Assembly (NCBI GenBank): GCA_036497785.1
Contig: DASXIW010000209.1
Location: 1-15,075, forward strand
Direction of reading: 5' to 3'
Length of the DNA stretch: 15,075 nucleotides
Source of the DNA: Acetobacteraceae bacterium
GTDB lineage: Bacteria > Pseudomonadota > Alphaproteobacteria > Acetobacterales > Acetobacteraceae
Shown here: positions 7,404-15,075 of the stretch, in pieces
How positions within the stretch are numbered: the stretch's first letter is position 1
How the letters are laid out: every line of letters starts with the position of its first letter
The notes under the pieces: generated by a model
Database searches by the model: none
Told to the model about the DNA's origin: nothing
Seen by the model: only the letters and a program-made list of their open reading frames with translations
Translations under genes and position numbers: made by a program

Positions 7404-8510
7404 ATGCGGCCTGCCCTTCCCGGCCGCGCCCCGATGGGATTTCCGACCATGCCCAACTCCGACGAGCCCGGCCATCCAATTGGCCCCTGGGCCATTCCCA
7501 CGCGCGACGCGAAGCGCCCACCGCCGCTGCCGCCTCGTTTTAACGTGAAAGTCGCCGCTGTCGCGCTCGTCCTGCTTGTCGCAGGCGGCACGCTGGCGGG
7601 CAGCTTCTACACCGTGCAGCCCACCGAAATGGCCGGCGTGCGCCGCCTCGGCACCGTCCTGACCAGCGAGCCGGTCGGCCCCGGACTGCACATGAAGCTG
7701 CCCTGGATCGACACGGTGGACACGATCCAGACCAGCCTCAACGTCTTCCAGCTCAACGACCTGACGGTCTACACGATCGACAACCAGGCGGTCACGGTCG
7801 GCATCGGCGTGTCCTATCGCATCCCGCGCGCGGCCGTGCTCAAGCTGCTGTACAATGTCGGTCGCACCGGCAACGTCGACATCAACGAGAATATCCGCCC
7901 GGTCCTCGCCGACCGCGTGCTGCGCGTGTTCTCCACCCAGAACACGGTCAACATCTCCGCCAACCGCGAACAGATCGCCAGCGCCATCCGCAAGGACGTC
8001 TCGGACGCTCTCGGCAGCATCTTCGGCCTGGAAATCACCGACCTGCAACTCAGCAGCATCACCTACAGCCCCAGTTTCCAGGCCTCCGTCGAAGCCGCCG
8101 TCCAGGCCAAGAACGACGCCATCCGCGCCGAGAACACCGTGGCGAAAGTGCGCTACGAAGGCGAACAGGTGAAGGTGCAGGCCGAAGCCCAGGCCGCCGC
8201 CCGCGTCGCCCAGGCCAATGGCGAGGCGGAAGCAGCCATCGTGCAGGCGCGGGCGCAAAGCCAGGCCGCGATTCTGCGCGCCCAAGGCGAAAGCCAGGCC
8301 GCCACCCTGACCGGCGAAGCCCAGGCCCATGTCATTCAACAAATCGGCGCGGCCGTCGCCGCCAACCCCAGCGTGGTGAATTACGAACAAGCCCATCGCT
8401 GGAACGGCGCCATGCCGGCCACCATGCTCGGCGGCGGCACCAGCCCGCTCACCATGTTCAACGTGCCGGCTCCGGTGCCGGCAACAGCGCAAGCGGCGGG
8501 AAAGGGTTAG
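7404..8510 (+). CDS. SPFH/band-7 (prohibitin/HflC-like) membrane protein
   Basis: Single N-terminal TM segment KVAAVALVLLVAGGTLAGSFYTV. Band-7 core follows. C-terminal Ala/Gln-rich coiled-coil repeats (AEAQAAARVAQANGEAEAAIVQARAQSQAAILRAQGESQAA). The start may instead be the ATG at 7449, which has GGGA 9 nt upstream. Confidence 0.75.
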   Translation: MRPALPGRAPMGFPTMPNSDEPGHPIGPWAIPTRDAKRPPPLPPRFNVKVAAVALVLLVAGGTLAGSFYTVQPTEMAGVRRLGTVLTSEPVGPGLHMKLPWIDTVDTIQTSLNVFQLNDLTVYTIDNQAVTVGIGVSYRIPRAAVLKLLYNVGRTGNVDINENIRPVLADRVLRVFSTQNTVNISANREQIASAIRKDVSDALGSIFGLEITDLQLSSITYSPSFQASVEAAVQAKNDAIRAENTVAKVRYEGEQVKVQAEAQAAARVAQANGEAEAAIVQARAQSQAAILRAQGESQAATLTGEAQAHVIQQIGAAVAANPSVVNYEQAHRWNGAMPATMLGGGTSPLTMFNVPAPVPATAQAAGKG

Positions 8511-8536
8511 AAAAGGCCGGGCGCTGCCCCGGCCTT
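8511..8536. terminator. Bidirectional intrinsic terminator between convergent SPFH and ABC genes
   Basis: Stem aaggccggg (8513-8521) / cccggcctt (8528-8536), 6-nt loop. Flanked by aaaa on one side and tt on the other, so it gives a U-tract in both orientations. Confidence 0.55.
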
Positions 8537-8538
8537 CC

Positions 8539-10317
8539 TTACTGCAACAGCGACTGCGTCTTCACCAGCCGCGCATACACCCCGTCGCGTTCCATCAACT
8601 CCGTATGGGTTCCCTGCTCCACCGCGACGCCCTCGGCCATCACGATCACCAGATCGGCGTCGCGCACCGTGGACAGGCGGTGGGCGACGACGATGGTGGT
8701 GCGGCCCCGGCGCAGCACGTTCAGCGCGTCCTGCACCAGTTTCTCGCTTTCAGCATCAAGCGCACTCGTGGCCTCGTCGAGCAGCAGGATGCGCGGATTG
8801 CGCAGCAGCGCGCGGGCCAGCGTTACGCGCTGGCGCTGGCCGCCCGAGAGGCGTCCGCCACCTGAACCCACCCGCGTCGCGAACCCGTCCGGCAATGCGG
8901 CGATGAAGCCGGCGGCGGCCGCGGCGGCGGCGGCCTGCTCGATCTCCGCCTCGGTGGCTTCCGGGCGGCCCATGTGGATGTTGCCGGCGACAGTGTCGTC
9001 GAACAGCAGCGTATCCTGGCCGACATAGGCGATGGCGTCGCGCAGGCTGGCCAGCGTCACCCGCCGCACATCCGCGCCATCAATGCTGATGCTGCCGGAT
9101 CGCACGTCGTGCAGGCGCGGAATCAGCGTCAGCGCGGTCGATTTGCCGGCGCCGGATGCGCCCACCAGCGCGATCGTCAGCCCGGGTTCGGCGGTGAAAC
9201 TGAGGCCGCGCAGGGCGGACCGGCCATCGGGATAGGAAAAATGTACGTCATCGAAGACCAGCCGGCCATGGCCCTCCGGCAGGGTTGCGGCGTCCGGCGA
9301 CTCGGTGATGCCGGGCGGTTCGTCGATCACGGCGAACACCCGCGCAAGCCCGGCGAGCCCTTCCTGCAACGCCGCGTTCAGGTTGCCCATGGCCCGCAGC
9401 GGCTGCGCGGCGAGCAGCAGGGCGGTCACGAAGCCGGTGAAATTGCCCAGCGTGCCCGTGCCCAGCGCCGCCCGCCAACCGGCGAAGCCGATCACGGCCG
9501 CAACCGCAGCACCACCCAGCACCTCCAGCAGCGGGTCGATGCGGCTGCGGCTGATCGTCATGCTCATCAAGGCGCTGTAAAGCTTGGCGAAGGCGGAGTT
9601 GGCGCGGTTGGTTTCGGCGGCCTCTAGCCGATAGGCGCGCACGATGCGAGCCTGGGCGAAGCTTTCGGTCAGCAACGCGGCGGCCTCGCCGGTGCGTTCC
9701 TGCATCCCGCCGGAGGTGCGGCGAATCCGCCGGCCGATACGCTGGATGGGCAAGGCAGCCAGCGGATACAGCGCCGCGCCGATCAGGCTCAGCCCCCAAT
9801 CCAGATACAGCATGGAAGCGACGAGACCGACGATCTTGATGGCGTCGCCCACGCCGTTCGTAGCGCGGACCAGCGCCTCGCGAATGGTCGCGGCATCGGT
9901 GGTGAAGCGGGCGGCCAGGGTGGCCGGCGCCTCGCGCTCCACCCGGGCCAGATCGGCGCTCATGAGATGGGCGAACATCTGCCCCTGCAGCCTGCGGATC
10001 ACCTGCAGCACAACCTGCTGGGTCAGCACGTTCTGCAAATACTGCCCCAGCGCCTTCACCGCCGTGACCATGATGATCAGCACCGGCACCTGGTAAAGAA
10101 TCCGTACGTCCCGGGCCTGAAACATGTCGATGGCCCGCTGGATCATGACCGGATACAGCGCCTGGGACCCGGCGGTGACGGCGGTGGCCAGAAAGATCAA
10201 CACCAGCCGGCCGCGCCGGTGGCGGATGTGCTCGCGCCACAGCCGGCCCACCAGCGCCCTGGTGGACTCGGCCTTGGCGCGGGCGGTGACGTCGGAACGC
10301 GAGAGCGGCATATTCAT
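8539..10317 (-). CDS. Fused ABC exporter (N-terminal 6-TM permease plus C-terminal ATPase), MsbA-like, 592 aa
   Basis: Walker A GASGAGKST. Signature LSGGQRQRVTLARAL. Walker B ILLLDEATSALD. H-loop VVAHRLST. An N-terminal transmembrane domain precedes them. Confidence 0.9.
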   Translation of the reverse strand: MNMPLSRSDVTARAKAESTRALVGRLWREHIRHRRGRLVLIFLATAVTAGSQALYPVMIQRAIDMFQARDVRILYQVPVLIIMVTAVKALGQYLQNVLTQQVVLQVIRRLQGQMFAHLMSADLARVEREAPATLAARFTTDAATIREALVRATNGVGDAIKIVGLVASMLYLDWGLSLIGAALYPLAALPIQRIGRRIRRTSGGMQERTGEAAALLTESFAQARIVRAYRLEAAETNRANSAFAKLYSALMSMTISRSRIDPLLEVLGGAAVAAVIGFAGWRAALGTGTLGNFTGFVTALLLAAQPLRAMGNLNAALQEGLAGLARVFAVIDEPPGITESPDAATLPEGHGRLVFDDVHFSYPDGRSALRGLSFTAEPGLTIALVGASGAGKSTALTLIPRLHDVRSGSISIDGADVRRVTLASLRDAIAYVGQDTLLFDDTVAGNIHMGRPEATEAEIEQAAAAAAAAGFIAALPDGFATRVGSGGGRLSGGQRQRVTLARALLRNPRILLLDEATSALDAESEKLVQDALNVLRRGRTTIVVAHRLSTVRDADLVIVMAEGVAVEQGTHTELMERDGVYARLVKTQSLLQ

Positions 10318-10458
10318 GCCGCGCGTTTATCAGCCGGTCGGGGCGGTGTCACCGCGTGCCGGCGCCGCACCCCGCGCGGCGGTGGCCCGTATCAGGGCTT
10401 CCGCCAGTTCGGACGCGCCGAATGGGATACGCGGCGCGCAGCGGCCGAGATCGCGACG

Positions 10459-11649
10459 CTATGTCCGTTCCGCCGAGATAAGCCGCCGGCGCAGTTCGGC
10501 GCGACAGGCCGCGGCGTCCGCCACGCAGCCGCCATCGAGCCACCATCGCCGCAAATCGCGCAGCATCAGGCCCATGGCCGGCCCGGCCGCCACCCCGGCA
10601 GCGCGCAGATCCCGCCCCCGCAGCGGAAAGACCGGAACCGGCAACGACGCGATTCGGGCGCGCAGCGCCGCGTCGCCGCTGGCCAGCCAGAGCCGGCCGA
10701 TCAGCACGCAGGCCGGCAGATCGGCCAGCCTCCGGCGCAGTTCGTCGTCATCGGCATCACGCGAAGGCGCCGGTCCGTCGCGCAGCGCGATCAGCCGGTC
10801 CCGCTCCGCGCCGGACAGGCGCAGCCGCAGCGCCAACGCCGTCGGATCGCCCTCGAGCAGGGCGGCCAGCCGCAACACCGGATCAGGCGGCGCGCCCGCG
10901 TCCACCAGACGTGCCAGCCCATCCAGCGACACGCCCTCCGGCAGCACCGCGGCCAGCACGCCCAGATCCTGCATCAGGCGCAGGCATGCGACCGGATCGG
11001 GCATGGCGAGGATGCGCTTCATCTCGCTCCACACCCGTTCGGCCGAGAGCTGTGCCAGCCCCGGCACGCCGGCGGCGATCGCCGCCGTCGCCGCTTCGTC
11101 CGGCGCCCCCACGCCGTAGCGCGCATGAAACCGGAAGAAGCGCAGTATGCGCAGATAATCCTCGGCGATCCGGGTCGCCGCATCGCCGACGAAACGCACC
11201 CGCCCATGGCGCAAATCGGCGATGCCGTGAAAATAATCATGCACGGCGCCGTCCGGCGTCATGGACAGCGCATTGATGGTGAAATCGCGCCGCGCCGCGT
11301 CCTCGCGCCAATCCTCGGTGAAGGCCACCCTGGCGCGCCGCCCGTCCGTCGCCACGTCGCGACGCAGCGTCGTCACCTCGAAACCGCGATGGCACGAGAC
11401 GGCGGTCACGGTGCCGTGGTCGAGCCCGGTGGGCACGGCGCGCAGCCCGGCCGCCTCCAGCGCCCGCATCACCGCCTCCGGCTGGTCCGGCGTGGCCAGG
11501 TCGATATCAGCCACCTCACGGCCGGCCAGCGCGTCACGCACGCAACCGCCAACCAGCCGGGCGCGCGGCAAGGCGGCCAGCACCGCATGCAGTGCCGGGT
11601 CCGCGACGAAGGCCGGCGGCGCGATGCACAGGGCCGGCCGGTCGGTCAC
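10459..11649 (-). CDS. cca: CCA tRNA nucleotidyltransferase (poly(A) polymerase head-domain family)
   Basis: LVGGCVRDALAGREVADIDLAT, RRDFTINAL and EDYLRILRFFRF motifs. GTG start at 11649..11647 overlaps the TGA stop of the upstream small ORF. Confidence 0.85.
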   Translation of the reverse strand: MTDRPALCIAPPAFVADPALHAVLAALPRARLVGGCVRDALAGREVADIDLATPDQPEAVMRALEAAGLRAVPTGLDHGTVTAVSCHRGFEVTTLRRDVATDGRRARVAFTEDWREDAARRDFTINALSMTPDGAVHDYFHGIADLRHGRVRFVGDAATRIAEDYLRILRFFRFHARYGVGAPDEAATAAIAAGVPGLAQLSAERVWSEMKRILAMPDPVACLRLMQDLGVLAAVLPEGVSLDGLARLVDAGAPPDPVLRLAALLEGDPTALALRLRLSGAERDRLIALRDGPAPSRDADDDELRRRLADLPACVLIGRLWLASGDAALRARIASLPVPVFPLRGRDLRAAGVAAGPAMGLMLRDLRRWWLDGGCVADAAACRAELRRRLISAERT

Positions 11650-11933
11650 CGCCGCCCCGGCGCGGGTGCCCCCCCGGCCTCAGCTGCCCCCTTCGCCTCG
11701 GGCGCTCCATGCCCGGAGATGATCCGCCCGTCCACGACATGCGCCGGGACGTAGGATTCATCCCGGTCCGCACGGTTGGCGAGGCCGAACCACACCGTGC
11801 CGACCGCCATCAGCAGGATCAGCCCCAGCGCGCCCCATACCAGGGCGGGCGGGGTGCGCGTGCCCAGCACCAGCCAGACCGCATACAGCGCGAACGGCAC
11901 CAGAAACAGGCCGATTTCGGTAAATCGCAGCAT
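11646..11933 (-). CDS. Small 95-aa membrane protein with two predicted TM helices, hypothetical
   Basis: MLRFTEIGLFLVPFALYAVWLVLG...ALVWGALGLILLMAVGTVWFGL, then a charged tail. ATG at 11933..11931 overlaps the NUDIX stop (TGATG). Its own stop overlaps the cca start. No domain recognised. Confidence 0.5.
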   Translation of the reverse strand: MLRFTEIGLFLVPFALYAVWLVLGTRTPPALVWGALGLILLMAVGTVWFGLANRADRDESYVPAHVVDGRIISGHGAPEAKGAAEAGGAPAPGRR

Positions 11934-12607
11934 CAATCAACGCGCAGGCGGGCGGCGACATGCACCAGGATCGCCGCGGTCGCGCCCCAGATGTAATGGT
12001 CGGGATGCGGCCACACCCAGAATTCCCGCCAGCGACCACGATAATGCGCTCGGCGCCGCTGCGGCGCCGACGGGTCCAGCAGCACGCCCAGGGGCAGCGA
12101 GAAGATCGCATCCACCTCATCGGGCGACGGTGACAGGCCAAGCGCGTCCAGATCCATGCCCTCCGGCAATAATCCGAGCACCGGTGTGATACAATATCCC
12201 GTGCCGGTTACGTAATCTTGCATGCGTCCGGCAATATCGACCAGGGCGGGATCCAGGGCGAGTTCCTCATACGCCTCGCGCAGCGCCGCGGCCTCGGCGT
12301 CAGCATCGCCGGGATCGATCCGCCCGCCGGGGAAGCTGACCTGGCCGGCATGGCTGTTCAGATGCACCGTCCGCCGTGTCAGCAGAACGCCCGGTTCCGC
12401 ACCCAACAGAAACGGCACCAGCACGGCCGCCGGCACCAGCGGGCGGTCCACTAGGTCGAGGGCGTCGTCCGAGCCGGCCGGGGCGGCGATGGACGGGGGA
12501 TGCGCAGCCAGCCGGGCGGGCGTCTGGTGCGGCGGGTCCTCGCTGGGCACGCGCAGGCGCAGCCGCAGCTCGGCTGCTGTCACGCCGGACGCATCCCCGG
12601 CCGCCAC
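11933..12607 (-). CDS. NUDIX hydrolase, CoA pyrophosphatase-like
   Basis: Nudix box GQVSFPGGRIDPGDADAEAAALREAYEELAL. GTG start at 12607. Confidence 0.8.
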   Translation of the reverse strand: MAAGDASGVTAAELRLRLRVPSEDPPHQTPARLAAHPPSIAAPAGSDDALDLVDRPLVPAAVLVPFLLGAEPGVLLTRRTVHLNSHAGQVSFPGGRIDPGDADAEAAALREAYEELALDPALVDIAGRMQDYVTGTGYCITPVLGLLPEGMDLDALGLSPSPDEVDAIFSLPLGVLLDPSAPQRRRAHYRGRWREFWVWPHPDHYIWGATAAILVHVAARLRVD

Positions 12608-12638
12608 CCCTCACCGGCCCCCTCATTGGCGCGAGGCA

Positions 12639-13289
12639 TCAGCCCGCGTCCTCACAGCACGTGATCTCGCCCAGCGGAAAGAAGCGGCCGCTACTCCACA
12701 CGCCCAGCATCTTCCGCCCCTCGATCATCGCCGGCTCGGCCAGCGCGACCAGTTCGTAATAGACGGCGCGTCCGATCCGCGCCTCGATCGGCCAGCGTCC
12801 GGCTCCGGCCCGCACATGCAGATACGGCGTGGGTTCGCAGGTCAGAATATCATGCGCGATCCGGATCGGATGCTCGGGGCCGGCAGTCACAAGTTGGTCG
12901 GTATTGGTGCGGAAGGTCAGTTTCTGCTCACGTCCCACACCCACCCAATCCAGCTCCACCGCCAGGAAGGGCGCGTCCTCGACCTGGATCCTGCCGCGCT
13001 CGGCCGGCGTTTCCAGCCAGAAATCGCCCTGCTCGTCGCGCTGCAGGACAGAAGCAAACAGGCAGACCAGCTCTTTGCGGCCGATCGGCGTGCCGCGATA
13101 CAACCAGGTGCAGTCGCGCCGGATCAGAAACGGCAGGTCGCCGCATTCCAACGGCTTTCGTCGCGGGACGCGAGCCGGTGCGATCAGCCCGATCTGCGCT
13201 TCCCTGCAAGCCCGTTGCCTTTCGGCCGCTGCCGCCGCGGCCGACTGCGCGTCGACCTCGTCCTCGCTATGATGTGTCGTGTTGCCCAC
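12639..13289 (-). CDS. DUF1285-like protein, 216 aa
   Basis: C-terminal 216 codons of track ORF 12639..14948: ...CGDLPFLIRRDCTWLYRGTPIGRKELVCLFASVLQRDEQGDFWLETPAERGRIQVEDAPFLAVELDWVG...FRTNTDQLVTAGPEHPIRI...GVWSSGRFFPLGEI. GTG at 13289..13287 with GGAG 6 nt upstream. The rest of that 769-aa ORF is antisense to moxR. Confidence 0.65.
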   Translation of the reverse strand: MGNTTHHSEDEVDAQSAAAAAAERQRACREAQIGLIAPARVPRRKPLECGDLPFLIRRDCTWLYRGTPIGRKELVCLFASVLQRDEQGDFWLETPAERGRIQVEDAPFLAVELDWVGVGREQKLTFRTNTDQLVTAGPEHPIRIAHDILTCEPTPYLHVRAGAGRWPIEARIGRAVYYELVALAEPAMIEGRKMLGVWSSGRFFPLGEITCCEDAG

Positions 13290-13412
13290 CCGCGTCTCCG
13301 GACCGTCATCCGTCCCGTGATGACGATATAGGGTGCAGCCCCCCTCGCATGAAAGTGGCACAGTGCGCGCAAGACCCCATTTGAGTGTGATCGCGAGAGA
13401 AGGAACGACAGC

Positions 13413-14422
<1,010 letters not shown>

Positions 14423-14426
<4 letters not shown>

Positions 14427-15075
14427 GCCTATTCCCTTCCGCGGCCGCCGGCGCCTCGGCGCCCAGGGCAGCAAGACGCGCCGAAGCTTTGGGCGCACGG
14501 CTGCCGCCGCTACTGGTGGCCGCCGAACGCGTCGCCGCAACCATCGCCCAGGGCGTTCATGGCCGCCGGCGCGTGGGTCAGGGCGACAGTTTCTGGCAAT
14601 ACCGCCCCTTCCTGCCCGGCGATGCCGCCACCAGCATCGACTGGCGCCAATCCGCCCGGTCCGACCGCGCCTTCGTCCGCGAGACGGAGTGGGAAGCGGC
14701 GCAGACCGTCTATCTCTGGCGTGACGGCTCGCCCAGCATGCGCTGGCGCTCGCGCCACGCCAGCACCGATAAGATCGAGCGCGCCAGCATACTGCTGCTC
14801 GCCCTCGCCTCTCTGCTACTGCGCGGCGGCGAGCGCGTGCGGCTGCTCGGGATGGAAAGCCGCCCTGTGGGCGGGCTGGACCGGATGGCGGCGGAGCTGG
14901 AGCGCGTGCCCGATGGCAACGGCCTGCCGCCGGAGACGCGTGTGCCACGCCATGCCCGCGTGGTGCTGATCGGCGATCTGCTCTCGCCGCTGGAACAGAT
15001 CCAGGCGGCGATCGGCCGGCTGGCCGCCATTCCGGTGAGCGGGCATCTGCTGCAGGTGCTCGACCCGGCGGAGGC
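14423..15075 (+). CDS. DUF58 protein (MoxR partner), 5' part; continues past the window end
   Basis: Not in the ORF track because no stop occurs in the window. The frame from GTG 14423 reads VSLFPS...GQGDSFWQYRPFLPGDAATSIDWRQSARSDRAFVRETEWEAAQTVYLWRDGSPSM..., the DUF58 hallmark. The start overlaps the moxR stop (GTGA). Confidence 0.75.

Noticed and set aside
9967-11754. 595-aa plus-strand ORF and other long GC-rich antisense ORFs (4354..5559, 12222..13331, 1273..2130, 1668..2510, 3338..4219, 6339..7331, 7389..8492, 9248..10240, 10124..11119)
   Set aside because: All are Arg/Pro/Gly/His-rich with no recognisable motifs. Each lies opposite a confidently identified gene. Stop-poor antisense frames are expected at this GC content.

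Overview
This 15 kb window has high GC (roughly two-thirds G+C). It reads like core chromosome of an alphaproteobacterium. That placement is inference from gene content and synteny only; I could run no search. Every protein call below is from reading the translated motifs by eye.

Gene order, left to right:
- Two truncated methyl-accepting chemotaxis protein (MCP) signalling-domain fragments sit in a head-to-head palindromic arrangement at the left edge. The plus-strand copy is also frameshifted.
- A minus-strand run follows: DUF979-like and DUF969-like membrane proteins with overlapping start/stop codons, preceded by 5'-methylthioadenosine phosphorylase (mtnP).
- Upstream of that lies the complete cytochrome bc1 operon petA-petB-petC (Rieske, cytochrome b, cytochrome c1).
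- Oxygen-dependent coproporphyrinogen oxidase hemF diverges from petA.
- An SPFH/band-7 membrane protein converges on an MsbA-like fused ABC exporter across a bidirectional terminator hairpin.
- A minus-strand cluster follows: DUF1285-like protein, NUDIX CoA-pyrophosphatase-like hydrolase, a 95-aa two-helix membrane protein, and the CCA tRNA nucleotidyltransferase. The last three share overlapping stop/start codons.
- A MoxR AAA+ ATPase and the start of a DUF58 protein diverge from that cluster. The DUF58 start overlaps the MoxR stop and the gene runs off the right edge.

I see no tRNA or rRNA, no CRISPR array, and no transposase, integrase or phage genes.

Many long ORFs in the six-frame track are antisense shadows of these genes, typical of GC-rich DNA. 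I rejected them.

Honest verdict: this is mostly an ordinary housekeeping region, and I cannot point to a convincing self-contained novel system. The things most worth a second look are:
- the palindromic MCP remnant pair at the window edge;
- the DUF969/DUF979 transporter-like pair coupled to mtnP, with a 15-bp exact tandem duplication upstream;
- a strongly AT-rich regulatory island (perfect TATAAT, CATAG repeats spaced 22 and 11 bp apart) in front of the SPFH gene;
- the tightly coupled nudix / small-ORF / cca arrangement.
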